Shown here one piece after another: positions 1-8,288 of a DNA stretch of 64,000 nt (the first letter of the stretch is position 1; every line of letters starts with the position of its first letter). Source of the DNA: a virus. The translations under genes were made by a program, and so were the position numbers. Under the pieces are notes generated by a model. The model saw only the letters and a program-made list of their open reading frames with translations. It was not told the origin of the DNA and did no database searches. The stretch is taken from the IMG/VR virus record IMGVR_UViG_3300037424_002358, positions 1 to 64,000 of that record; one strand, written 5' to 3'.

Positions 1-131
1 CGCAAGCCGTCGACGGATTGGCGGAGCCGAGCAATCTCAAATGCCACCGCCATCGTCGCGATGACCTGCGCGTCATTCTCTCGCTCATCTGTCTGCCAGG
101 GGTTGCCCTCCAGCGGTTCGAGGTCGGCCAT
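1..131 (-). CDS. hypothetical protein (3' truncated by window edge)
   Basis: ATG at 131 directly after the previous gene's stop; open frame MADLEPLEGNPWQTDERENDAQ... continues to the window edge. Confidence 0.55.
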   Translation of the reverse strand, partial: MADLEPLEGNPWQTDERENDAQVIATMAVAFEIARLRQSVDGL

Positions 132-132
132 C

Positions 133-435
133 TCAGTCCTCCTTGGCGAGCGCCGACTCGGCCGGCTTCCCGGCGAGCCTTGCGCGGCCCATGCTGTTGA
201 TGTGCCATCGCTCTATGTCCGACGGCGCGAAGTTGCTTTCGACGCTGACGAGCGACATGCGGATCAGCGACCAGGCGACGCGGCCTGACACTTGGTCCAG
301 CCCGATCCACCATCCGCCCCCCTTGGCATACTCCAACTCCGCCATCTCGTCGGCGGCGAGCCGTTGCAGCATGTCCCGCTCACCCGGAGTGAGCGGCTTG
401 TTGGCGAGTGCCAGCACGATCTGCCGATCACTCAC
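133..435 (-). CDS. hypothetical protein (~100 aa)
   Basis: C-terminal part of ORF 133..1491; GTG start overlaps the upstream TGA (GTGA coupling). Confidence 0.65.
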   Translation of the reverse strand: MSDRQIVLALANKPLTPGERDMLQRLAADEMAELEYAKGGGWWIGLDQVSGRVAWSLIRMSLVSVESNFAPSDIERWHINSMGRARLAGKPAESALAKED

Positions 436-1232
436 AGCGACAGTTCGCCAGCGGCGCTTTCGGCTTCGTTCGCGATTTCCTCGAAGGCATCCGCGGTCCC
501 GTCCACCGCTTCGTCGAACAGCGCCACGGCCTGCGGGTTGAGGAGTTGGCGCCGCAGGGCCGCCAGTCGGTCGAGGGCGGCCTGCCAATCCTCCGCGGTC
601 GCGTCCCTTTCGGTCGCCTTGGTAATTGCCGTGATGATCTCGCCAGCGTGCGGGATCTCCAGCAGGCTGTGGTCCTCCATGCCCGCCGTCACGAACGCCC
701 TGAACGGCTCCCATACTGAGTCGGCTTCGATGCTGACCGATTGCAATGTCCCCGCCCAGGACTCGAGGCTCTCGGCCCTCTCGCGGCATTCGTCCGCGGT
801 GGGCGAGGAAGAGAAGGTCTGCTCGATGTTGTCCGCAGACTCGTTGTACTCGCTGGCGACTTCCTCCGCCTCGGACGCCGCTTCCTCCAAGCCGCCCTGC
901 ATGTCCCCGACGGCTTGGAAAAGCGTCTCGACGCCCGGCACGGGACCGGGGTTCGGATCGTTGCTCGTCAACGCCGCGGTGACGGGCGTAAGCGCGTCCC
1001 GGAGGGCCGTGACAGCGTCCTCGACCGTCTCGCTGGCGGCGTAGGCTCGCGAGAGTTTGTCGGAGGAGGTCATGTCGCTTTGCCGCGGCGGGTGGTTGGC
1101 GCAGCGGACATGCTTGCCGCCGTAGCGGAACTTCCACCAGTAGTATCCCTGACCCTTTCGGATCACGGTTCCGCAATGACCGCAGTTCCCCGGCGACTTC
1201 CTGCTGTTCTTGATGAAATGGGATCGAGCCAC
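432..1232 (-). CDS. hypothetical protein, N-terminal Zn-finger-like region plus acidic helical region
   Basis: CGHC...C..H motif followed by Ala/Glu-rich helices; GGAG RBS upstream. Confidence 0.75.
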   Translation of the reverse strand: MARSHFIKNSRKSPGNCGHCGTVIRKGQGYYWWKFRYGGKHVRCANHPPRQSDMTSSDKLSRAYAASETVEDAVTALRDALTPVTAALTSNDPNPGPVPGVETLFQAVGDMQGGLEEAASEAEEVASEYNESADNIEQTFSSSPTADECRERAESLESWAGTLQSVSIEADSVWEPFRAFVTAGMEDHSLLEIPHAGEIITAITKATERDATAEDWQAALDRLAALRRQLLNPQAVALFDEAVDGTADAFEEIANEAESAAGELSL

Positions 1233-1241
1233 GGTTGTCTC

Positions 1242-1940
1242 CTAGAAGGGTGCGTCGTCGAGGGCCTTGGCGAGGTCGGCGCGGGCCGCGGTCCAGTCCG
1301 TTTTCCCGACCACGGTGTGCGCCGCGATGGAAGCCGCGATCTGGTCCTGGCTCGCCCCCTTCTCGCGGGCGAAGTCCGCGAACACCACCGACTCGTGCTT
1401 CGCCGCCACCCGCGCTGGCGCTGGCTTGGCGCCGCCGTTCGTCGACTGCGGCCTCGCATCCCCGGTCACGTCCTCCGCCCAGCCGCTCCACTTGCCCCGG
1501 TTGCTGAGACTGATCTTCCGCCGTCTCTTGGGCATGTCATAGATGTCGCGGCCGATGCCCAACTGGACGCCGCAGCGCTTGAGGCCGCGGCTGAAGATGG
1601 CCTTGGCGCCACCGCGGCTATCGTCCTCTTCCGCACCCTCGGCGTCAGCCTCGCCGGATGCCTCATTCTGATCCTCCTGGCCCGTGTCCCATCGCCAAAT
1701 CCAGGCACCGTTCTCCGCCTGAATGCCGATGCCGACACAGACGAAGCCACGGATTTCCTTCACGTCCGTCTGCCATCCGAGCGGGCCGAACGCCTCGTCG
1801 AGGCGCTGTTGCACGAACCGGGCATTGATGTACGGGAGCGCCAGCGCGGTCTTGTCGTTCGTGTCGATGTTCTTGGGAAGGTACTTGATCGCCGACGGCG
1901 GCGTCGGTGCCTGCAAGATATCCAGCGCGTTATTCTTCAT
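1242..1940 (-). CDS. Rad52/Rad22-family (Sak-like) single-strand annealing protein
   Basis: YINARFVQQRLDEAFGPLGWQ and KAIFSRGLKRCGVQLGIGRDIYDMP match Rad52/22 family motifs. Confidence 0.85.
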   Translation of the reverse strand: MKNNALDILQAPTPPSAIKYLPKNIDTNDKTALALPYINARFVQQRLDEAFGPLGWQTDVKEIRGFVCVGIGIQAENGAWIWRWDTGQEDQNEASGEADAEGAEEDDSRGGAKAIFSRGLKRCGVQLGIGRDIYDMPKRRRKISLSNRGKWSGWAEDVTGDARPQSTNGGAKPAPARVAAKHESVVFADFAREKGASQDQIAASIAAHTVVGKTDWTAARADLAKALDDAPF

Positions 1941-1953
1941 AGGAAATCCCTCT

Positions 1954-2577
1954 CTACCGTTCTATCTCGGATCGAAGCCACGCCACGCGGACGTAGAAGA
2001 GCGGCGTGTGCGAGCCGTACGTCCGGTCGGCGCTGATTCCCGCGACCCTGTCCGCCCAATGAGCCATCTCGTGGCAGATCGTGTCGCGCATTTCGTCCTG
2101 CGGCTGGTTGTGCGCCAGCGTGATTGCGCCGCGCGAATGGTAAACACCGAGTGTGCCTTGACCGGGGATGACGGTGTCGATCCAGTTCAGCGTTACGCTG
2201 TCGCCCGTGCCGAGATCGCGCCCAAAAGCCTTGAAGAGACGTTCGGCGGCGCGGCCGCGCGACCACTTGTCCTTCGCCAGGAAGACGGCTGTATACGCCT
2301 TGCGCGTGCGAAGGCTGACCCTGATCTTTCGGCCACCCTTGCGCTGGCCCGCGCCGCGCACGACGTTGAACCTACGCGAGGCGCGTGCGTTGTCGAGGCG
2401 AACCTTGATCTCCCGCCGCCGCAGTTGGTCGCTGTAGCGCTGTATAAGCGCTCTCGGATACGTGCGGGCCTTCGCCATCTGGCGAGCGCACTTCGGACAG
2501 CGTCGCCCCGCCTCAGACTTCTTGCGATGCGCCCACCAGGGGCAATGCGAGCAGGTCCACCACCGTTCCTTACGCAT
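1954..2577 (-). CDS. SprT-like zinc metallopeptidase with N-terminal Zn ribbon
   Basis: DTICHEMAH (HExxH) plus downstream SHTPLF histidine; N-terminal CSHC...CPKC. Confidence 0.7.
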   Translation of the reverse strand: MRKERWWTCSHCPWWAHRKKSEAGRRCPKCARQMAKARTYPRALIQRYSDQLRRREIKVRLDNARASRRFNVVRGAGQRKGGRKIRVSLRTRKAYTAVFLAKDKWSRGRAAERLFKAFGRDLGTGDSVTLNWIDTVIPGQGTLGVYHSRGAITLAHNQPQDEMRDTICHEMAHWADRVAGISADRTYGSHTPLFYVRVAWLRSEIER

Positions 2578-2785
2578 GGCGGAACAGCGGTGCCCGCGGC
2601 CGGACCGTGTGCAGACCCGTGTCGAGTTGCTTCCTCATCTCCGCGGGAGCACACGCGCCACAGGCGTATCCGCCCTCCTGCAGGTCGACCGGCTCCTGCG
2701 GGATGGGGTAGATGTACTTCCTCGTCTCGCCGGGCTTGATCTCGCGCTTGCACTTGTAGCACGTCGAGGTCGCAGGTTCTTTCAT
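2570..2785 (-). CDS. small Zn-finger protein
   Basis: CYKC...CGAC; GGAGGT RBS; first gene downstream of a strong promoter. Confidence 0.7.
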   Translation of the reverse strand: MKEPATSTCYKCKREIKPGETRKYIYPIPQEPVDLQEGGYACGACAPAEMRKQLDTGLHTVRPRAPLFRHA

Positions 2786-2800
2786 AACTACCTCCGACGC

Positions 2801-2829
2801 ATTATACCATAAACGGTACTACGTGTCAA
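2801..2829 (-). promoter_or_regulatory. sigma70-type promoter with TACC-N6-GGTA operator
   Basis: TTGACA-17 bp-TATAAT on the minus strand; operator taccataaacggta at 2805-2818. Confidence 0.9.
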
Positions 2830-3182
2830 GTTGGCTGGTGGCCCTCGGGGAGTCTTTCAAGCCAGTACAGGTAGGCCTCGGCGGCGTCATAGGCCCCGAC
2901 GGCGTCGATGAGCGGCTGCAAGTCCATGCCCTGCGCGCCGTAGGCGGTGAACCAGTGGGCCAGGTCCACGGCCAGGACGGTGACGGTGGCACGCCGTTCG
3001 CCCAGGGCACGCTTAGCCCTCTGGATGGCCCTATCGGTCTCGGTCTCCTTGGATATGCCTCGCCTTCGCACGGGCGAGTGCTGCGTGCAGTAGGGCTTGC
3101 CGTCGACCTCGCCAGTCGCATTCCTGCGGCACTGGCGGGGTATCCCGTCGATGGGAATGGCGGTCGCTGAGCATTGGGCCAT
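2826..3182 (-). CDS. hypothetical protein with N-terminal C..C..C..H Zn-finger-like motif
   Basis: MAQCSA...CRRN...YCTQH; TATAAT 7 nt upstream of the ATG. Confidence 0.65.
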   Translation of the reverse strand: MAQCSATAIPIDGIPRQCRRNATGEVDGKPYCTQHSPVRRRGISKETETDRAIQRAKRALGERRATVTVLAVDLAHWFTAYGAQGMDLQPLIDAVGAYDAAEAYLYWLERLPEGHQPT

Positions 3183-3189
3183 GGTGCCT

Positions 3190-3238
3190 ATTATACCGCC
3201 GTCGGCCCCTTGCGCCGCGGGCGGCACCATGCTAGACT
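3190..3238. promoter_or_regulatory. divergent promoter region with degenerate operator
   Basis: plus strand TTGCGC-17-TAGACT (3210-3238, with TG extension); minus strand TATAAT at 3190-3195; operator-like taccgccgtcggcc at 3194-3207. Confidence 0.6.
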
Positions 3239-3292
3239 TTCCAGGTAAGCGGGCAGACCAGCCACGGTCACGCCCCGCCGAGCGAGACGACC

Positions 3293-3598
3293 TTGCCCCG
3301 AGTCCGAGTAGAATGCGATCTGGACCGCCTGATGGCCGCGAACCGTTGGAGCGTGTCCGAGGTGTCGCGCCGCTGCGGCCTGCCACGGCTGACAGTCCGC
3401 CACTGGCGTGACAATCGCGTGACGGCCTACTCACGCCGCGTCCTGGAGCGGCTATGCGCGGGACTCGACGTGCAGGTCGGCTCGCTTCTCATAACCGTGG
3501 ACGGGGGCCGGAAGGCGCGGACGAACGGGTCAGCCCGGAGGAAGCGGCTTGGCGGCGCTACCCGGGTGAAAACCCCGCGGCCCGTCGCCCGCCGCTAG
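3293..3598 (+). CDS. Cro/C1-type (XRE) HTH transcriptional regulator
   Basis: LDRLM...SVSEVSRRCGLPRLTVRHW...LERLCAGLDVQVGSLL pattern. Confidence 0.85.
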   Translation: MPRVRVECDLDRLMAANRWSVSEVSRRCGLPRLTVRHWRDNRVTAYSRRVLERLCAGLDVQVGSLLITVDGGRKARTNGSARRKRLGGATRVKTPRPVARR

Positions 3599-3751
3599 GG
3601 GCGGCCCACCCGACGGTGTTTCGGACCCACTCCTCCGTTGGCCCGAGACATCTTACGATGGGCCACCCCTGCCTTCCGGCCCCCGTCCCGGAGGGATTGA
3701 CAATCCGGGAGGTAGCGTGCTAATCGGCAAACGCCTGCAGGCAGAGTCGGC

Positions 3752-4375
3752 ATGAGTCTCACAGCGCTGACGCTCGTCTGGGAGAAGAGCCGAGCGGATC
3801 ACGGATCACTCCTCATCATGCTCGCGATCTCCGACAACATGAACGAGGAGAGCGGCGTGGCATGGGTCGGCATTGATACTATCGCCAGGAAGTCGCGGCT
3901 CAGCATTCGCAACGTGATTGACATTCTGCCCAAACTAGAGAAGATCGGCGAGTTGTCCATTCAGCGGCAGGCTGGACCGAAGGGGACCCATCTCTATAGG
4001 TTGGGACCGAACTACGATGGCGCACAGGTTCCGTGGCCCAAGCGCTCCACCACCACACCTGGGGGTGAAGTGGGTGCAGGTGCAGTTTCTTCAGGTGCAA
4101 TCCTTGGCGGAAAACGCGTCGCCAAACTGCACCCGAACCGTATAGAACCGGATTCAACCTCATCCTCCAAGAGAAGGAGTCTTCGTAGTAGTAGAGGTTC
4201 GGGTGCAGTTTCTTCCACGACGACTGCTACGAACCCCTGTCCCGTATGCGGAGGCATCGGCGATCACCTCCCGGTCGTCTACCCCGAGGGGGAGGTTGAT
4301 TCTTGCCCTGTGCTCCTCGAGCGGGTGCCGCAGGCCGTCGCGGTGCTCAGATATGGGAGGATGAAGAACCCATGA
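3752..4375 (+). CDS. winged-HTH phage replication initiator-like protein
   Basis: LLIMLAISDNMNEESGVAWVGIDTIARKSRLSIRNV...HLYRL is typical of phage Rep N-termini; gene contains internal DNA repeats. Confidence 0.7.
   Translation: MSLTALTLVWEKSRADHGSLLIMLAISDNMNEESGVAWVGIDTIARKSRLSIRNVIDILPKLEKIGELSIQRQAGPKGTHLYRLGPNYDGAQVPWPKRSTTTPGGEVGAGAVSSGAILGGKRVAKLHPNRIEPDSTSSSKRRSLRSSRGSGAVSSTTTATNPCPVCGGIGDHLPVVYPEGEVDSCPVLLERVPQAVAVLRYGRMKNP
4073..4215. repeat. iteron-like direct and inverted repeats (candidate origin)
   Basis: ggtgcagtttcttc at 4079-4092 and 4202-4215; perfect 16-bp inverted repeat at 4124-4139 / 4196-4211; extra ggtgca copies at 4073 and 4094. Confidence 0.65.
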
Positions 4376-4602
4376 CCAAACGTCGCACCCGGAAGGCTGC
4401 TGTCACCGCCGCCGGCACCCGAGGCCAGCGCGGGAGTCACGGGGACGGCAGCCCTGCGGGCGCGACCACTTACGTGCACGACCTGCGGGCACTCATCAGC
4501 GGGCTAATGGATTTCCCCTTCGGCCTCGGTGACACAGATCGCGTGAACGATCCGAGTCTCCCTGTCGGCCAGCAGATTATCGACGCCGAGTTCAAGTCGT
4601 GA
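4372..4602 (+). CDS. hypothetical protein
   Basis: ATGA and GTGA coupling with both flanking genes. Confidence 0.55.
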   Translation: MTKRRTRKAAVTAAGTRGQRGSHGDGSPAGATTYVHDLRALISGLMDFPFGLGDTDRVNDPSLPVGQQIIDAEFKS

Positions 4603-5192
4603 CCACCGGCAAGGCGCTCATGCCGCTCCATAGGGCACAGAAAGTGACCAACCTCCTGTTCCTGGCCCTGATTGAGTCCTGCCAGCGGCTATCCATCGCA
4701 GGGAGCATGCGCCGAGGGAAGCGTTTTGTCGGCGACATTGAGTTACTCGCCGTGCCGCTGGGGACTGTCCAGGCCGATCTCTTCGGTGCGCCAGCCGGCA
4801 CGGTCTCGGACCTTGACAGTGCGATTGAGCGCCTGGTCCAGCATCCCGAGTGGCAATGGGACCGGCATCAGCCACGCAGGGGGGATCGCTGGAAGCGCGT
4901 TACGTACGTGCCCATGGGCGTCAACGTCGACATCTTCGTGACGACGATGCGGGCCTGGGCTGGCAACATGATCGTAAGGACGGGGCCAGCGGCCTTCTCC
5001 AAACATGTGATGTCGATAGCCAAGCGGCGGGGCTGGCACTTCGCCGACGGCTTCCTGCTTCACCAGCACGAGCCGCCGTGCGACAGGGGGCCGGACTGCC
5101 CACTGATCCGTGACTTCGACGAGGAATGGGAAATCTTCGACGCGCTGGAGATCCCGTGGCGCACCCCCCAGGAGCGGGAGGGCTGGAAGTGA
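4599..5192 (+). CDS. polX: minimal family X DNA polymerase (palm and thumb only)
   Basis: IAGSMRRGKRFVGDIELL, VDIF, RTGPAAFS, EIFDALEIPWRTPQER motifs. Confidence 0.85.
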   Translation: MTTGKALMPLHRAQKVTNLLFLALIESCQRLSIAGSMRRGKRFVGDIELLAVPLGTVQADLFGAPAGTVSDLDSAIERLVQHPEWQWDRHQPRRGDRWKRVTYVPMGVNVDIFVTTMRAWAGNMIVRTGPAAFSKHVMSIAKRRGWHFADGFLLHQHEPPCDRGPDCPLIRDFDEEWEIFDALEIPWRTPQEREGWK

Positions 5193-5923
5193 ACGACGAC
5201 ACACGTTCGGCGATTGCCTCGCTCGGTAGCGACCTCGAGCGCGCTTTTGACACGCAGTTCCGCGTGCTGGCCGATGACCTGCCCCCGCCTCGTGCCGACT
5301 ACCAGTTCGAGCCGACCCGCAACTGGCGATTCGACCGCGCCTGGCCCGAGCACAAGGTGGCGGTCGAACTCGAGGGTGGAGCCTACGGTCAGCGCGTCGT
5401 CTGCCACAACTGCGGTAGCGTCGTCCGCGCCATGACCACGGGGGGGCCGGGGCGCGAGGTCAGGGCCGCCGGCTGGCACGGACACTACTCGCGTTTCGTC
5501 GCCGACCGCGAGAAATACAACGCCGCCGCGCTCAAAGGATGGATTGTGCTACGCTTCGTCAACGAGGACGTCCTCACCGACCCCTTCAAGATGGTCGAGA
5601 CGATCCGGCAGGGACTCGCCTCGCGGCCACTGGCCACGTTCGTCCCCGAGCCACTCACGGGCTACCAGGAGAACATCCTGTACCTGATCGCCGGCGGACT
5701 GTATAACCACGAGATCGTCGAGCGGCTTGGCATGACGATGCAGTCGGTCAAGAAGCAGACGCAGGCGATATGCGGGAAGTTGCACGCTGGCAACCGGGCG
5801 AGCGCCGTCGCACGAGGCCTAGTGAGCGAAATTCTCGATCCAGGCCGCATCCCATGGAAGTGGGACGATATTACTCTTGAAGAGGGTCGGACTATCCCGA
5901 CCAAGGGTGACCGCCTGCCATGA
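5189..5923 (+). CDS. PD-(D/E)XK (Vsr/DUF559-like) endonuclease fused to LuxR-type HTH
   Basis: RNWRFDRAWPEHKVAVELEGG...EKYNAAALKGWIVLRF, then LTGYQENILYLIAGGLYNHEIVERLG...ICGKLHAGNRASAV. Confidence 0.8.
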   Translation: MNDDTRSAIASLGSDLERAFDTQFRVLADDLPPPRADYQFEPTRNWRFDRAWPEHKVAVELEGGAYGQRVVCHNCGSVVRAMTTGGPGREVRAAGWHGHYSRFVADREKYNAAALKGWIVLRFVNEDVLTDPFKMVETIRQGLASRPLATFVPEPLTGYQENILYLIAGGLYNHEIVERLGMTMQSVKKQTQAICGKLHAGNRASAVARGLVSEILDPGRIPWKWDDITLEEGRTIPTKGDRLP

Positions 5924-6327
5924 CCGAACCCACGCCCCCTACAGCCCCCCCAAGCCGCTTTTCGCTACCCCGGGGACCCGAACCCGCCGAAACTCCCTCC
6001 AGCCCAACGTGGATAGCCTGGACGCTGTGGGGCGCCAACCTAGCATTCACGCTGGCATTCACCGCCATCGCCCCCATGCTCTTTGGCCTTATCTTCGTCT
6101 GGATGGCCCATCGCCTCTTACGGCTCCCGCCTCCGGCCATTGTGGGCTCGGACTTGTGGGTCATCTACCTCCTGGGCCTCATCCTGACGCCGTCGGCAGT
6201 CCTGGCCGTCATCGGGATCGTGAGCCTGATCGGGCGCGCCGTCAGGCCACCTCGGAAAAAGCAGCGGGCGGCCCGATCCTGGTCGAGCCGCCCGCCAGAG
6301 GAGAGGAAGAAAACGGCGTCGTCCTGA
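5920..6327 (+). CDS. membrane protein
   Basis: 2-3 hydrophobic segments; ATGA-coupled to the upstream gene. Confidence 0.65.
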   Translation: MTEPTPPTAPPSRFSLPRGPEPAETPSSPTWIAWTLWGANLAFTLAFTAIAPMLFGLIFVWMAHRLLRLPPPAIVGSDLWVIYLLGLILTPSAVLAVIGIVSLIGRAVRPPRKKQRAARSWSSRPPEERKKTASS

Positions 6328-6355
6328 CGGGGGACGGCACCGATCCTTCTGAGGG

Positions 6356-6718
6356 TTATTTGTGCCGCTTGGGGGCCAGAAGGCCGAGCGCGCGTCCCGC
6401 GAACACGATCCGGTCCAAGCCCTCGAGCACAGGCTGGAGGAACTTGTCGTAGAGCATCTGCGCGGCAGTATGGACGGCCCCGGCCAGCGTCAGCAGGGCC
6501 AGGACGAACGGTGCCGGTTCAGAGATCGGCGGCAGCGCGATGCTGGTCTGCAAGAGCGTGATGCCGATGGATGCCGCGTAGACCAGCCAGCGGATCACCG
6601 TCAGCGATGGCTTCGGCTGTTGGAACAGCCCCGACCACACGATGTTGATCGCCTGAACGATGAGAAGCGGGGTCGCCGGGATTAGGACTATCGCGACGAC
6701 CTGTTGCCAGTCAATCAT
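6356..6718 (-). CDS. holin-like membrane protein
   Basis: 120 aa, about 3 TM segments, basic C-terminus, last gene of the late operon. Confidence 0.55.
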   Translation of the reverse strand: MIDWQQVVAIVLIPATPLLIVQAINIVWSGLFQQPKPSLTVIRWLVYAASIGITLLQTSIALPPISEPAPFVLALLTLAGAVHTAAQMLYDKFLQPVLEGLDRIVFAGRALGLLAPKRHK

Positions 6719-7473
6719 GGTTGGACTCCTCCTGGCGCGTCATGCGCCCAGATCAATGGTTCGGCTTGGAAATCCTCAGCGCAGAGTAGCCGATCATCCT
6801 GCCAGCGCCAGCATCCGTCGCCCTTCCACACCGGGCGCCGCCGATGCTCCGTCAATGGCGTGGCGAACTCGGCCCCATCCTCTAGCCAGTCCGGGTAGTA
6901 CACGGCCTCGGGCATCCGATAGTCGGTCGGCTCCGTGAGGTACTTCGGAAGGTAGTCGCCGATCCAGACTTCGACGCCCTTTAGTTTCGCAGATCGCGTC
7001 CTCCACCATCCCTCGCCGCCCACGACCATCCCCCACCGTAGCGCCGTTTGGAAGCCGACCTCCACGACCTCCTCGCGCACCACGGCGATCGGCCACATGT
7101 CGCCCCGGCGGGCACAGTCCACAACGAGGAACGGACCCTCCCAGGCTTCGCCCGGCCGGCGCAGCCAGACCGTCCGGCCAATATCCGCCGGGGACATGAG
7201 CGCGACGCCGTCGAGGTAGCCTTCGAGATCGTAGCCTCGGTAGCGGGCTGTGCCCTCCATGACGTTCGGCGCGTAGAACACCGCCCCTCCGTAGGAGTAG
7301 ATCGGCGCGCGAGCGTACCAGGTCTCGATGGAAATGTAGCCGGGGACCCACCATCCGTCCCACCAGTAACCGTTGTAGCGATTGTCGTCTTCGTTGGTCG
7401 CCATTGAGCCTACGGGGGAGGCCGCTAATAGAAGGCTTGCGAGGACAAGGATCAGCGTGGCGCGCCGGATCAT
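6715..7473 (-). CDS. secreted RlpA/DPBB-like protein (putative lytic transglycosylase)
   Basis: signal peptide MIRRATLILVLASLLLAA; VALMSPADIGRTVWLR...GPFLVVDC...VEVGFQTA; paralogue at 36369-37493. Confidence 0.55.
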   Translation of the reverse strand: MIRRATLILVLASLLLAASPVGSMATNEDDNRYNGYWWDGWWVPGYISIETWYARAPIYSYGGAVFYAPNVMEGTARYRGYDLEGYLDGVALMSPADIGRTVWLRRPGEAWEGPFLVVDCARRGDMWPIAVVREEVVEVGFQTALRWGMVVGGEGWWRTRSAKLKGVEVWIGDYLPKYLTEPTDYRMPEAVYYPDWLEDGAEFATPLTEHRRRPVWKGDGCWRWQDDRLLCAEDFQAEPLIWAHDAPGGVQP

Positions 7474-7955
7474 CCGTCGGCGCAGCCTTCGGGCACCGTG
7501 AACGGGATGAAGTAGCCCGTCACCTTTGTCAGGTGGCCGCTGCTGGCGACGCGCAGTTCGTAGTTGCCAGCGGGCAGATCGGGGATGGCGTAGGAGAGGC
7601 GGGGGAAGGCCGTCGCCTGTGGGCCGCGGATGACCGAGAAATCCGGCTGCTCGTCGAATACGACTGTCCTTGCCTCGTCGACGTTCCATATTGTGCGGAC
7701 GATCTCGAGGCGTTCCACGTCGTCCCCGATGATGCGGATGTCCAGGGACCAGTTGAGTGTCTCGCCCGGACATAGAGTCAAATCGTCGGGCAGGTTGATC
7801 CGCTCGTAGACCACGCGCGGCTGGTCGTTGACCGTCCTGAACAACGTCACAACGGACAGGAGCATCACCACGAAGGAGATGAAAATGTACGGATACAGCC
7901 AGCGGTATCCGTTGTTGAACGGGATGCCCGTGACGCGTTCGATGAGGTTCCTCAT
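7470..7955 (-). CDS. membrane-anchored protein (lysis block)
   Basis: N-terminal TM segment plus beta-rich domain; translationally coupled. Confidence 0.65.
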   Translation of the reverse strand: MRNLIERVTGIPFNNGYRWLYPYIFISFVVMLLSVVTLFRTVNDQPRVVYERINLPDDLTLCPGETLNWSLDIRIIGDDVERLEIVRTIWNVDEARTVVFDEQPDFSVIRGPQATAFPRLSYAIPDLPAGNYELRVASSGHLTKVTGYFIPFTVPEGCADG

Positions 7956-8176
7956 GGGGTGCTCACCGCTTGCAGGATAGCCCCGATCCCGGCGACGAGG
8001 GCGATGAGATTCAGGCCGAGGCCGATGGCGATGCCCCGGACCAGAACCTTGAACTCCTTGATCTCCTTCGCCGTGGACTCGAGGTCCTTGACCCTATCCA
8101 TCAGACCTTTCGCTTCGGTCTTCTCGTTCCCGAACACGGCAAGTTGGAGTTCTTCTAACGGGTCCTTCCCGCTCAA
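7952..8176 (-). CDS. small coiled-coil + TM protein (holin-like)
   Basis: TTG start, short coiled coil and C-terminal hydrophobic helix, typical of lysis cassettes. Confidence 0.6.
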   Translation of the reverse strand: MSGKDPLEELQLAVFGNEKTEAKGLMDRVKDLESTAKEIKEFKVLVRGIAIGLGLNLIALVAGIGAILQAVSTP

Positions 8177-8288
8177 TGGTAGTGCCCTCCGGCCCGGCGG
8201 CGGGTCGTGACCCCTCGCCTTGGCGCTTGATTCTAGCCTATCCCCTATCGCCGGATCGCGCCAGCGCTTTCGGACTCATGCAAGCCAC

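Noticed and set aside
2805-2818. Operator as a host LexA box
   Set aside because: TACC-N6-GGTA does not match the LexA boxes I know (GAAC-N4-GTTC, CTGT-N8-ACAG); a phage regulator is more parsimonious but unproven
3686-3726. Promoter for the replication gene (TTGACA inside a short inverted repeat)
   Set aside because: Good -35 but poor -10 at normal spacing and no shared operator; too weak to call
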